64,000 nt of DNA, taken from contig JANRIL010000015.1 of assembly GCA_033764955.1 (NCBI GenBank), positions 32,001 through 96,000 on the forward strand, given 5' to 3'. The position numbers were made by a program, and so were the translations under genes. Under the pieces are notes generated by a model. That model had not been told where the DNA came from. It did not search any database and saw only the letters and a list, made by a program, of their open reading frames with translations. Source of the DNA: Cyanobacteriota bacterium. GTDB lineage: Bacteria; Cyanobacteriota; Cyanobacteriia; Thermostichales; Thermostichaceae. Numbering within the stretch: position 1 is the first letter of the stretch; each line of letters begins with the position of its first letter. Below, one piece after another: positions 53,078 through 63,247 of the stretch.

Positions 53078-53105
53078 AGGGATCCCCAGCCGTGAGGGGA
53101 TCCCT
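53078..53105. terminator. Hairpin between convergent genes, built from two GGGATCCC copies
   Basis: AGGGATCCCC-agccgtga-GGGGATCCCT, perfect 10-bp stem. Confidence 0.5.
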
Positions 53106-53119
53106 ACTGGAGAATTGAC

Positions 53120-53575
53120 TCAGTAAATATACACAGCCCCCGCCTCATCAATGTTGAGAACGCGATCCCCCTCCACATCATCCTTGACCGTAACTTGCAC
53201 CTTCAGGCGATTCCCCTCCGCTTGCACGTCATAGCGCAGGGTGATTTCTGAAAAGGGCGGGCGGGTGGGGGTGCTGATGTTGATGTAGGCGGGTAGGGCA
53301 AGCTTTTCGAGGCGGGAGGTTTCTCCCGGTTCCATCTCAACGGGCGCAATTTCTGCACTACTCAAGCCATATTCTAGGGTGGAGCCGGAGAGGTTTTCGA
53401 TCTCGATTTGTAAAGGCTTTTGTGGATTCACGCGAGCCACCGGTTGAAAGAATCCCGGCTGATAGGTGTCTGGGGCGGGCGTTTGGGCTTGACTCGGCAA
53501 GGGCGTGTGCAAGGTGGCATAACCGATACCAAGCAGAACAAAAGCCACGTAGGCAACTGGCAACCGTTGAGCCAT
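53120..53575 (-). CDS. Exported hypothetical protein
   Basis: Signal peptide; YQPGFFQPVARVNP...DRVLNIDEAGAVYIY. Confidence 0.75.
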   Translation of the reverse strand: MAQRLPVAYVAFVLLGIGYATLHTPLPSQAQTPAPDTYQPGFFQPVARVNPQKPLQIEIENLSGSTLEYGLSSAEIAPVEMEPGETSRLEKLALPAYINISTPTRPPFSEITLRYDVQAEGNRLKVQVTVKDDVEGDRVLNIDEAGAVYIY

Positions 53576-53752
53576 GGGATAAAGATTCCTTAACTATTGC
53601 AAGTCTGAGTAGTGCGAATCCAGAGACACAAAAATGACAGGATGATCCGCTCTCAAGCCTACCTGCCTGGGGGCAAGTTGTCATCCCAATCTGCTCCTGA
53701 CAAAGGGATCCTCCGTGCAATAGGCTAAGAAGAGTTAAGCAGGCTTATCACC

Positions 53753-54709
53753 ATGACCGCCATTGAGAGTGGGATCCCTTCCCTGTCTGCGTATGGGCAA
53801 TCGCAGCAGATGCGATGGCGAGGCTGGTCGATTCACTACACCTATCAGCCCACCCTTGCATCTAGCTCCGTGGCGGCTCCTCTGCTCTTGCTGCATGGGT
53901 TTGGAGCTTCGGTAGGTCATTGGCGACACAACATTCAGCCCTTGGCAGTGGATCGTTCGGTTTATGCACTCGATTTGTTAGGGTTTGGGGGCAGTGCTAA
54001 ACCCCGCCTCGACTATACCTGTGATCTCTGGGTGGAGCAGGTGTTTGAGTTTTGGCAAACCCATATTCGGCAGCCCGTCATCTTGGTGGGGCACTCGATT
54101 GGGGGATTGATTGGGGTATTGACGGCGGCTCAACATCCCGACATGCTCAAGGGTTTGTGCCTCATTAGTTGTGCTGATGGCCCCCACCCCGAAGATTTAC
54201 CCCCCCCCCTACAACCCCTTGTGCAAGGGATTTTTTCAGGGATCCTGAATGTTTTAGGATTTCCCCCTACCTATCCCTACTTATTTAACTGGTTACGCCA
54301 AACTGATGTTTTGCGAAGCTGGGTCAAAAATGTTTATAAACAGGATCACGTGGTGGATGATGAATTGATTGAGATCTTTCAGCGACCGGCGTTTGATCCA
54401 GGTGCTGATTACGTTTTTTTGGATGCTCTACGGGCAATTACGATTCGTCCCTTTGGCAATCCCAAACATCTTCTCCCCCACATTAAGACCCCCATTTTAT
54501 TGATTTGGGGGCGAGAAGATCCGGCAGTTCCCAGTTTTTTGGCTGATCAATTCAAACGCTGGCAACCTCGTCTGACGTTGATTAAGCTGCCGGGAGTTGG
54601 CCATTGTGCCCATGATGAACTGCCTGGGTGGGTGAATGCGCTGATTTCCGAATGGTCTGCCGGATTGGAAGTTACCCCCGAACATCTACCTTCCCGCTGG
54701 CTGCGTTAA
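53753..54709 (+). CDS. Alpha/beta hydrolase
   Basis: LHGFGASVGHWR, DLLGFG, GHSIGG, GHCAHDE. Confidence 0.92.
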   Translation: MTAIESGIPSLSAYGQSQQMRWRGWSIHYTYQPTLASSSVAAPLLLLHGFGASVGHWRHNIQPLAVDRSVYALDLLGFGGSAKPRLDYTCDLWVEQVFEFWQTHIRQPVILVGHSIGGLIGVLTAAQHPDMLKGLCLISCADGPHPEDLPPPLQPLVQGIFSGILNVLGFPPTYPYLFNWLRQTDVLRSWVKNVYKQDHVVDDELIEIFQRPAFDPGADYVFLDALRAITIRPFGNPKHLLPHIKTPILLIWGREDPAVPSFLADQFKRWQPRLTLIKLPGVGHCAHDELPGWVNALISEWSAGLEVTPEHLPSRWLR

Positions 54710-54761
54710 TTCCTGGGATACAGCAGTCTAAGATTGGCAGTCCTCCAAAATGCAGAGAAGG

Positions 54762-55052
54762 CTAGTCGAAGGATGCCGGAGGGGCTTCGGATCCGGTCGA
54801 GAGATAGTCCTGAAAAGCGGAGTGGACGGAGGAGAGGGGCAAGCGCAGGCTACAGCTTAGCTTGTTCAGCAATAGCGATTGCAAAGCCGGGGGTTGCTGG
54901 GCAATGCGGCGAAAATGGTGAGTCCACCCCTCGGTAGCACTCATAGGGGGAGGAGGGGATGGGGAGTGGGTGGGTATCTGAAGGTCTGAGGGCGTCATAT
55001 CCACCAGTGCTGATGTAAATAAATATAGCAATTCTTGGCTAACTTCAAACAA
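54762..55052 (-). CDS. Hypothetical protein
   Basis: Open frame diverging from an AT-rich promoter region; no recognisable family. Confidence 0.35.
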   Translation of the reverse strand: MFEVSQELLYLFTSALVDMTPSDLQIPTHSPSPPPPMSATEGWTHHFRRIAQQPPALQSLLLNKLSCSLRLPLSSVHSAFQDYLSTGSEAPPASFD

Positions 55053-55164
55053 TCATAGATATGCGTGGACATGTATGTATGTTTATCAAATCCGGCAACC
55101 TAAATCAAAATAAAGCATTGATAAACTTTTCAATTAGCAAACTTGCCAGCAAAACAATAAAAGC

Positions 55165-55206
55165 GTGATAGACAATACAGTTCTTGTTGCAAAAGGCTTT
55201 TAGGCT
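55165..55206 (+). promoter_or_regulatory. Candidate NtcA class II promoter
   Basis: GTG-atagacaa-TAC, 22 nt, then TAGGCT (TAN3T). Confidence 0.5.
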
Positions 55207-55352
55207 AATTTAGAAACATTTTGCCAGTAAAAACATGACATCTTATCGTGACTTGTATCAGACTCGACATATTCACAGGGATCCCTAATCGATGCTCCTA
55301 AAATCAGTGTAGAGGGTTGGCGAGTGTTCTCTTTTGTGAGGGTAATTAAGAG

Positions 55353-55586
55353 ATGCTTAAGATCATGATGAATAGCAATATGACCCCAGACATGATCCGC
55401 TCATTTTGGTCACTGGTGGCTGAGTTGGGCAAACCGGAGTTGCTGGCGAAGCGAGATGACGACCTTGTGCATGTGATCCTGGATGCCTGCCAACAGGAAC
55501 ACTCCTTGAAGATGATGGATCCTCATCAACTCAATGGCTATATCAGCACCCGTCTCCCTCTGATTCGAGATATGGTGCTTGGCTAA
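55353..55586 (+). CDS. Small conserved cyanobacterial hypothetical protein
   Basis: MTP...R.FWSLV...LL...DDDLV...YISTRLPLIRD pattern. Confidence 0.75.
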   Translation: MLKIMMNSNMTPDMIRSFWSLVAELGKPELLAKRDDDLVHVILDACQQEHSLKMMDPHQLNGYISTRLPLIRDMVLG

Positions 55587-55729
55587 CGGCTAGCCGGACA
55601 GAATCCCTAAGCTGGTTGCAGCGTGTGAAGGGATATTACGCAATTTTACGGCTGGCCTGGGGGACGCGAGGGATCCCGTAACTTTCGCCTATTCTCAAAA
55701 TGTCGCTCTCTATATCGTTCTTTTCGATT

Positions 55730-56065
55730 ATGACTATGCTGCAACTTGCCCAAATCACCCTGTTGGTCTACGCAGGACTTTTGTTGGTTGGTGGAATCAT
55801 TGGCTATACCAAGGCTAAAAGCAAAGTTTCTTTGGCTTCCGGCATCGGGAGCGCCCTCCTAGCTTTAGGGGGATACGGATTATCCTTGGTGCATCCCGCC
55901 TGGGGAATTGGGTTGGCTGGGGGGGTCGCCCTCGGACTGACCAGCATCTTTTTGATGCGTCTACGCAAGACGGGCAAGTTGATGCCGGCAGGGATGATGT
56001 TTGGCTTAAGTTTAGCGATGACGGGCTGGATCAGCTATGTCATGGCTCACTTGGCTGGGCTGTAA
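55730..56065 (+). CDS. TMEM14 family membrane protein
   Basis: YAGLLLVGGIIGY.KAKSKVSL.SG...KTGKLMPAG. Confidence 0.88.
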   Translation: MTMLQLAQITLLVYAGLLLVGGIIGYTKAKSKVSLASGIGSALLALGGYGLSLVHPAWGIGLAGGVALGLTSIFLMRLRKTGKLMPAGMMFGLSLAMTGWISYVMAHLAGL

Positions 56066-56079
56066 AGGGGGTGATGGGG

Positions 56080-56784
56080 CTATTGCAGATAGCCTGACCA
56101 GGTGTTGAGAGCTGGTGGTGAGCCATACCAAGGGCGGCCTCCGCGGCTGGAGTGAAAAATCCCAGGAATCGTCAAGTTGGTTGCCCCATCCAGGTGGGCG
56201 GCGCTGATGGGAGTGATGCCGTCCCCCCAAATATCCCCGACACCGACGGTCAACTGATAGCTGCTGTAGGCCAACCATGACAGCCAGGGTTGAGGGAGGG
56301 ATGTCCAGCGCCATCGGCATCCCAACACGCTCTCCCCGGCTATACAAACATAGGAAATCTCCGGCCAAAAGGCTCCCGGATAGTGATCATTGACAAAATT
56401 GAGGTTCGTCAATGTCCAGCGCTCCTGGCTAGTATGGGGGCTGCCCAGGGTGACCAGACTGGCAATCTGTCTTCGACCCGCCCAAACCTGACCATGATAG
56501 GGAACGGATCCTAAGTAGATGCGGGCAATCCACCCTCCCGCCGAATGCCCCACCAGATTGACTTTCGGGCTAGCAAACTCGGCCTGGGTGGCTGCGATAG
56601 TTGCCTGCAATGCCTGCAAAATGGGAGTCACCGCCCGTCCCCCCAGCGTGGGGATCCAATCCTTGACCCGCAACGGAACCACGCGGCTAGGACAGCCGGA
56701 CTCTTCAAGAGCCTGTTGCAGAGGGAAATAATCACGCGCTCCTGCCAAATATCCCGGCAAAATCACGGTTGGATAGATTGCCAT
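56080..56784 (-). CDS. Lipase/esterase (PGAP1-like alpha/beta fold)
   Basis: GHSAGG nucleophile motif, LVTLGSPH, GDGITP. Confidence 0.85.
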   Translation of the reverse strand: MAIYPTVILPGYLAGARDYFPLQQALEESGCPSRVVPLRVKDWIPTLGGRAVTPILQALQATIAATQAEFASPKVNLVGHSAGGWIARIYLGSVPYHGQVWAGRRQIASLVTLGSPHTSQERWTLTNLNFVNDHYPGAFWPEISYVCIAGESVLGCRWRWTSLPQPWLSWLAYSSYQLTVGVGDIWGDGITPISAAHLDGATNLTIPGIFHSSRGGRPWYGSPPALNTWSGYLQ

Positions 56785-56871
56785 AGTTCTGGATGCGGGG
56801 CTAAGTGAGTTTGCGGCCAAGAGGGAAGGAAAGGGATCCGAGACTTTGAGGGAAGCCGCCAGGGGTAGGCA

Positions 56872-57378
56872 TTATCGGTGGGGATACCAAAACATCCCTT
56901 TGATCCCTTCCGGATCCGCCGTAAACCCCAGCCTCTCATAAAATTCCACCACACCCTGATCGGCAAACAAAGTAATATTACTGATGTCTTGGGTTCGCAG
57001 ATCTCGAATCATCCGATCCACTAACGCTTTCCCTAATCCTTTTCCTTGAAATTGCGGATGTACCACCACATCCCAGAGAGTGGCATTAAAAGCATGGTCA
57101 GAGGTAGCGCGGGCAAACCCGATCAACCGTTTGTAGTTGCCCCGTTGCTGCCACATCGTCACCACCCAAAAGCTGTGTTGCAGCGCTTTTTTCACCTTGT
57201 GGATGGGGCGACGGGACCAACCCACCGCATCGCACAATTCCTCTAGCTCATAGAGATCGAGATCCGCGTCGTTGCTAAAAAAAATGCGCTCTGACTCAGA
57301 AACCACTTCCACCGATTTCTGAGCAGGCTTAGGGGTGGGACTCTCCACAGGATTAAATAACCCTTTCCAAAAACTCAT
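56872..57378 (-). CDS. GNAT N-acetyltransferase (Ycf52-like)
   Basis: [51 protein letters not shown]. Confidence 0.92.
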   Translation of the reverse strand: MSFWKGLFNPVESPTPKPAQKSVEVVSESERIFFSNDADLDLYELEELCDAVGWSRRPIHKVKKALQHSFWVVTMWQQRGNYKRLIGFARATSDHAFNATLWDVVVHPQFQGKGLGKALVDRMIRDLRTQDISNITLFADQGVVEFYERLGFTADPEGIKGMFWYPHR

Positions 57379-57628
57379 GCCAGAACAATCCACAGGGTGA
57401 AAGGAACCAAAACCATTCTTGACAAGGGGATCATGGGGTGAAAGGGATCCTGCTTGAAACTTAGTATAACCCTGGATAACGGCGGGCTAACGGATTTTTG
57501 TCGCTGAGGCATGGTACTCTTCCGCCCGCCGCCAAGGGGATCCCCCACGGCCTTAAGGAAAGGACTCTTGCGCTGGGTTACCGAAGCTTGGTAGAAGGAT
57601 AGCGTCCTTGATTGGTAGGCAGATAGCT

Positions 57629-58078
57629 GTGGAACGTACCTTTATTGCAATCAAGCCGGATGGTGTGCAACGGCAGTTGATCAGCTCAATTCTCCAGCGG
57701 TTTGAGGCACGTGGCTTTCAACTGGTGGGGATGAAGTTGATGCAGGTGAGCCGTGAACTGGCAGAAACCCACTATGCCGAACATAAAGAACGTCCTTTCT
57801 TCAAAGGATTGGTGGATTTTATTACCTCTGGCCCCGTTGTGGCTATGGTCTGGCAGGGCAAAGGTGTGGTGGCTGCCGCCCGCAAGCTCATTGGCAAAAC
57901 CAACCCCCTCGACTCCGAACCGGGGACGATTCGCGGAGACTTTGGTATTGATATTGGTCGCAACATTATTCACGGTTCCGATGCCGTTGAAACCGCCCAG
58001 CGGGAGATTGCCCTCTGGTTCGATGATGCCGAATTGGTGGACTGGACCGCGGTCACCCATCCCTGGATTTACGAATAG
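57629..58078 (+). CDS. ndk: Nucleoside diphosphate kinase
   Basis: [29 protein letters not shown]. Confidence 0.98.
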   Translation: MERTFIAIKPDGVQRQLISSILQRFEARGFQLVGMKLMQVSRELAETHYAEHKERPFFKGLVDFITSGPVVAMVWQGKGVVAAARKLIGKTNPLDSEPGTIRGDFGIDIGRNIIHGSDAVETAQREIALWFDDAELVDWTAVTHPWIYE

Positions 58079-58485
58079 ATTAGAAATCAATCAACACCCG
58101 ATAGAACCTAGCGAGATACCAACATAGCGACAACCTCTCTCCAGGGATCCCTGATTCATCCTGATGTGTGGTGATGTTACTTTTCACACAACTTCTGAAC
58201 TTTTCGATAAGATGAGGTCAAGGTTGGCCAGGTTGGCTAAAGGGATCCCTGAGCAGAAATCACTGCTGAGGAAGAGCCTCCAAAGGAATCTGTGCTGTCG
58301 TCATTTACTCCTCCCTGTTGTCCATTGTCCTGATTGCCCCTGCTGAAATTGGCTACCCTGCCTGACCAAGACTGGGCTAATTCGCTCGGTTCAGGTCGAA
58401 TTGAGATTGCCTGGTTGAGAGTTGCATGAGTATCGTGATCAATAAGGGAGGATCCTTGAATAACCCATCCTATTTTTTGGATGTC

Positions 58486-59865
58486 ATGGCTGACACCTTG
58501 CCCGAACAGCCAGAACCCGTTCTACAAATCTGGGGACGGCATCCTCTCAAGGGTCACGCTTCCATCAGTGGATCGAAAAACTCGGCCTTAGCCTTGATGG
58601 CCGGAACCCTGCTCAGTTCGGATCCCTGCCGCATCCACAATGTCCCTCGCCTGATGGATATTCAACGCATGGGAGAGATTCTGCAGGCCCTAGGGGTAGA
58701 GGTCTCCCATCAGGGTCATACATTAGACATTAACCCCCGGCATCTGCGCTCCGCTCAGGCTCCCTACGAATTGGTCAGCCAGTTGCGAGCCAGCTTCTTT
58801 ATTACGGGACCACTTCTGGCTCGGTTGGGGGTAGCACGGGTGCCTTTACCGGGGGGATGTGCGATTGGTTCTCGCCCGGTGGATCTGCATGTGCGGGGTC
58901 TCCAGGCTTTGGGGGCGACGGTTCAAATTGATCATGGGGTAGTTCATGCCTACGCCCGCAAGCTAACGGGATCCCGTATTTATCTCGACTATCCCAGCGT
59001 GGGAGCCACTGAAACCCTGATGATGGCGGCAGTGGTGGCGGAAGGGGAAACCATCATCGAAAACGCTGCCCAAGAACCGGAGGTAGCGGATCTGGCGCGG
59101 CTTTGTCAGGCGATGGGAGCCAAAATTCGCGGCGTGGGCACCAACACCCTGATGATTGTGGGGGTTCCCCGCTTACATGGCACTGAATATACGGTCATCC
59201 CCGATCGGGTGGAAGCCAGCACCTTTTTGATTGCCGGAGCCATCACCCGCTCTACCATTACCATTGGTCCGGTTATCCCAGACCATCTGCGGGCTGTCAT
59301 TGCCAAATTGCAGGCGATGGGGCTAGAGATCAGCGAGGTTGCCCCCAACCGTCTTCAGATTGCTCCTAACCCCACCGAGTCCGGCTGGATTTGTCGCGCC
59401 ACTGATATTGAAACGTTACCCTATCCTGGTTTCCCGACGGATGTGCAGGCTCCCATGATGGCGCTGGCAGCACTGGCTGAAGGGGATTGCATTTTGGAAG
59501 AGACCGTTTTTGAAAACCGGATGCACCACGTTCCAGAACTGAATCGGATGGGAGCAGATATCCGACTCAAAAATGGTGTGGCGATTATCCGAGGTGTGCC
59601 GATGTTGTCGGGAGCACCCGTGATGGCTACCGATCTACGGGCTGGCGCTGCTCTGGTCTTGGCTGGGTTAGCTGCCGAAGGATTGACCACGATTCGAGGA
59701 CTGCAACATTTGGATCGGGGCTACGAATCCATTGACCGCAAACTTCAGGAGTTAGGATCCCCGATTCGGCGCGCTCTTTCTACGGATCCCTCCCCCCCGC
59801 GCCCTGGCTCATCTCCCAGTTTGTCTGGTGAAGGGGTAGCCAGTTCTCGCCTGGTTGGTTCATGA
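58486..59865 (+). CDS. murA: UDP-N-acetylglucosamine 1-carboxyvinyltransferase
   Basis: [44 protein letters not shown]. Confidence 0.98.
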   Translation: MADTLPEQPEPVLQIWGRHPLKGHASISGSKNSALALMAGTLLSSDPCRIHNVPRLMDIQRMGEILQALGVEVSHQGHTLDINPRHLRSAQAPYELVSQLRASFFITGPLLARLGVARVPLPGGCAIGSRPVDLHVRGLQALGATVQIDHGVVHAYARKLTGSRIYLDYPSVGATETLMMAAVVAEGETIIENAAQEPEVADLARLCQAMGAKIRGVGTNTLMIVGVPRLHGTEYTVIPDRVEASTFLIAGAITRSTITIGPVIPDHLRAVIAKLQAMGLEISEVAPNRLQIAPNPTESGWICRATDIETLPYPGFPTDVQAPMMALAALAEGDCILEETVFENRMHHVPELNRMGADIRLKNGVAIIRGVPMLSGAPVMATDLRAGAALVLAGLAAEGLTTIRGLQHLDRGYESIDRKLQELGSPIRRALSTDPSPPRPGSSPSLSGEGVASSRLVGS

Positions 59866-59937
59866 CATCTGGTAAGCAGCCGAAGCAGTGCTTAAGATAA
59901 AACGTAAGGCACAGGGCAGTAGCGAGGAAAAACCACC

Positions 59938-60711
59938 ATGTCTACACGCAAGGTTATCTACGGCATCTTTGGGCAACGGGCAGGCAGTGTGATTGTTGGG
60001 ACATGGAATTGGCTGTGGGGGATCCCGGTGGAGCAGGGAGGGGCTGGAGCCGTCATGGTTGCCGAAGAGTCCTTGCGTACAATGCAGGAGTCGGTGCAAA
60101 AACTCACCGAAGCGGTGGCAACCCAGGTAGCCTCCTATCAGCGAGCCGAGCAGAAATATCTATTGAAGGTGAAGGAATATCAAAACCTGGAGGGAAAAGC
60201 CAAGCTAGCTATGCAGCAGGGCAACCAAGAAGCGGCTCGCTTAGCCATGTCTCAGGCGCTCCAAATTGAGGCAATCCTGCCTCCCCTCAAAGAAAACGTA
60301 GAAACCGCCGAGCGCTATGTCACAGCGGCCAAAGAACGATTGCTGAGGGAGAAAGAAAAGCTAGCCGCCTATAAGAGCGAACTCAGCAACATGCGGGATA
60401 TTAACGAGGTGAACCAAGCCCTCGAACAGATGACCCGTGTCAATAACAGCTACAACATCGACTCAGCCAAGTCTCAATTTGAAGCAGCCAAGAGCGCAGT
60501 GACCCGCAAACAGCTTAAAACCCAAGCGATGGCGGAGCTGTCTGACAACCCCACCGAAAAGCTGGCCGCTGATCTGGATCGGATGGCGCTAGATGATGAA
60601 GTCTCCCGTCGTTTGAGCCAGCTATCCGGCAACTCGTCCAATCCCTCACCCCTGCCTTTAGCCGATCTGGAAGAATTTCGCCAGATTCCTTCCCGTCCTG
60701 AAGAGCCTTAA
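59938..60711 (+). CDS. PspA/IM30 family protein
   Basis: Long coiled coil with AKLAMQQGNQEAARLAM; C-terminal DDEVSRRL. Confidence 0.8.
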   Translation: MSTRKVIYGIFGQRAGSVIVGTWNWLWGIPVEQGGAGAVMVAEESLRTMQESVQKLTEAVATQVASYQRAEQKYLLKVKEYQNLEGKAKLAMQQGNQEAARLAMSQALQIEAILPPLKENVETAERYVTAAKERLLREKEKLAAYKSELSNMRDINEVNQALEQMTRVNNSYNIDSAKSQFEAAKSAVTRKQLKTQAMAELSDNPTEKLAADLDRMALDDEVSRRLSQLSGNSSNPSPLPLADLEEFRQIPSRPEEP

Positions 60712-60853
60712 GGAGGAGAGGAATAGCGAACGGCTGGCTTCCTTGCTCTCATAGTGATCTCAAGTCAAGGATAATCCCCAACTTTGGGTTAAGTTAGCCA
60801 TTACTTCAGAACGAAACCGTTGTAGGTTGTCTATAAGAAGTGAGGGAGGACAA

Positions 60854-61519
60854 TCATAGCTCATTGAGGCGGGCTATGCTGGCATTAGAGCCAAGTACCA
60901 CCAAAAGATCATCCTGGTTGAGACCATAGTCAGCCGGGGGAGAGACCACTAGTGACTGCCCATGCTTAACCACCAAAACCGTAATGCCAAAGCGGCGGCG
61001 CAGATCTGCTTCGATCAGGGTATGACCCACCATCGACTCAGGCACCTTTAGCTCGGTAATGCTATAGCCCGGTTCTAACTCCAGTTGATCCAGAATGCCT
61101 GGAGCTGTCAACACCTGAGCCAGTCTACGCCCTGCCTCTTGCTCTGGCAAAATAATCCGATCTGCCCCGACTCGATGCAAGATGGACTTTTGCTTTTCGG
61201 TGGAAGCTTTGCAGACCACATTCTTAGCACCCAATGCTTTGAGGGCAACGGTGGTCATCAGATTGCTCTCAAAGTCACTGCCAATTGCCACCACGACCGT
61301 ATCGAAGGAAACAATGTCTACGGCTCGCAGGGCATCTTCATCCGTTGAGTCTAAAGAGACCGCCTGGGTTAACTCATCCGCCATGCGTTGGACAATTTCC
61401 CGGCTGCGATCAATTCCCAAAACGTGAAAGCCGCGCTCCATTAGGGTTGTAGCTAAACTGGATCCAAAACGACCAAGCCCAATGACTGCGAATTCATGAG
61501 CACCACGCTGACGTGCCAT
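60854..61519 (-). CDS. KtrA/TrkA potassium uptake regulatory subunit
   Basis: FAVIGLGRFG, DTVVVAIG, GADRIILPE, TrkA-C domain. Confidence 0.93.
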   Translation of the reverse strand: MARQRGAHEFAVIGLGRFGSSLATTLMERGFHVLGIDRSREIVQRMADELTQAVSLDSTDEDALRAVDIVSFDTVVVAIGSDFESNLMTTVALKALGAKNVVCKASTEKQKSILHRVGADRIILPEQEAGRRLAQVLTAPGILDQLELEPGYSITELKVPESMVGHTLIEADLRRRFGITVLVVKHGQSLVVSPPADYGLNQDDLLVVLGSNASIARLNEL

Positions 61520-61676
61520 TGCCTTGCCTGAAGGTTGAAGATCACCATCGCTTAGAATACCAAAACCCCACCCTCTCTGGTGGTAAGGGTGAACAGGGAT
61601 CCCGATCGCCCATCCGGTTGGTTTTCAGGGATGGAGGAATAAGTAGGGATCCCCACGGAAGAGAGGCAGTACACCC

Positions 61677-63011
61677 TTAGGCTGATTCTGGTTTGGGCAG
61701 GGAGGAGGGATGGACAATCAACTCGCCCGTCGAGCGGCGCTCCACCATCTCAGCCGTAATCAGACAGCGTTTGATGTCCTTACGGGAGGGGGCTTCATAC
61801 ATCACATCCAGCATCAACTCTTCCACAATCGCTCGCAAAGCACGGGCACCAGTTTTGCGTTTATAGGCTTCTTTGGCAATTGCCGTGATGGCGGCTGGCT
61901 CAAACTCTAGCTCAACCCCATCCATCCGCATCAATTTTTGGTGTTGCTTAGTGATGGCATTTTTGGGCTGGGTGAGGATCGCCTCCAGAGCCTCTTCATC
62001 CAAGGGATCCAAGGTGGCAATCACCGGCAGACGTCCCGTAAATTCAGGAATCATGCCATATTTGACCAGATCATCTGGCTCTAGGGACTTGAGGGCATTG
62101 GCTGCCCGCTGTTCCCGTGGCACACTGGCTTCCCCCGTTTGGATAAAGCCCATTGATTTTTTGCCGGTGCGCTGCTCGATCACCTTCTCCAGACCCACAA
62201 AGGCTCCCCCACAAATAAAGAGGATGTTGGAGGTATCGATCTGGATGCAGTCCTGGTAGGGATGTTTGCGTCCGCCTTGGGGGGGGACATTGGCTACGGT
62301 TCCCTCCAACATTTTTAGGAGAGCCTGTTGCACCCCTTCGCCGGAAACATCGCGAGTAATGGAGGGGTTTTCGCTCTTGCGGGCAACTTTGTCAATTTCG
62401 TCAATATAGATGATGCCCCGTTGAGCATCTTCTACATCCAAATCCGCCACTTGCAGAAGGCGCAACAGGATATTTTCCACATCTTCCCCGACATAGCCCG
62501 CTTCCGTCAGGGTGGTAGCATCCGCCACAGCAAAGGGCACGTCTAACATTTTGGCCAGGGTTTCGGCCAGAAGGGTTTTGCCAGAGCCAGTGGGGCCGAT
62601 GATCAAGATGTTGGATTTTTGGATCTCGATGTCATCCTCACTGGTCTGTCCAGCCGCCACCGAATTCAGGCGTTTGTAGTGGTTGTAGACGGCTACCGAC
62701 AAAACCTTTTTGGCCTGTTCTTGGCCGATCACGTATTGGTCTAAATAGTTGAGGATTTCCCGCGGTTTGGGAAGCTGAGCCATGGAGGGCAGGCTGCGAC
62801 CGGATTTTTTGCTGGCGGGTTCGCGGCGGGTGGCAGGGGGGGTGGCGGGCTGACTATGGTTCCCGTCGTAAAGTTCTTCGTCCAGAATTTCATTACACAG
62901 ATCAACGCATTCGTCGCAGATATAGACTCCAGGTCCAGCAATCAGCTTGCGAACTTGCTCTTGCGATTTGCCGCAAAAGGAACACTTCAAATGCGAGTCA
63001 TATTTTGCCAT
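61677..63011 (-). CDS. clpX: ATP-dependent Clp protease ATPase subunit
   Basis: CSFCGK...ICDEC zinc domain, [30 protein letters not shown]. Confidence 0.98.
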   Translation of the reverse strand: MAKYDSHLKCSFCGKSQEQVRKLIAGPGVYICDECVDLCNEILDEELYDGNHSQPATPPATRREPASKKSGRSLPSMAQLPKPREILNYLDQYVIGQEQAKKVLSVAVYNHYKRLNSVAAGQTSEDDIEIQKSNILIIGPTGSGKTLLAETLAKMLDVPFAVADATTLTEAGYVGEDVENILLRLLQVADLDVEDAQRGIIYIDEIDKVARKSENPSITRDVSGEGVQQALLKMLEGTVANVPPQGGRKHPYQDCIQIDTSNILFICGGAFVGLEKVIEQRTGKKSMGFIQTGEASVPREQRAANALKSLEPDDLVKYGMIPEFTGRLPVIATLDPLDEEALEAILTQPKNAITKQHQKLMRMDGVELEFEPAAITAIAKEAYKRKTGARALRAIVEELMLDVMYEAPSRKDIKRCLITAEMVERRSTGELIVHPSSLPKPESA

Positions 63012-63247
63012 TGGGGATCCTCGTTGCTGAGACGCTCTGGTCGGAAAGTTTAGTTTTAGGTCTGAGGTTGACGGCTAACTAGGGGAGAGAGGTAGTGGAA
63101 TAACTTACTAGTAGACAATCAAGCCAAGGCAGCGGATCAATAAACTTTGGGCACAGAGGTTTTTTCTTAATCTATCCTACTCGATCTAACATTACCCCCC
63201 TTTTTACCCAAAATAGCCTGGATAACCCAGAGAAAAGGGTTGATTCC

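Noticed and set aside
61520..61676. c-di-AMP (ydaO) riboswitch upstream of the ktrA-like gene
   Set aside because: Consensus motifs not found; only a simple hairpin, probably the clpX terminator.
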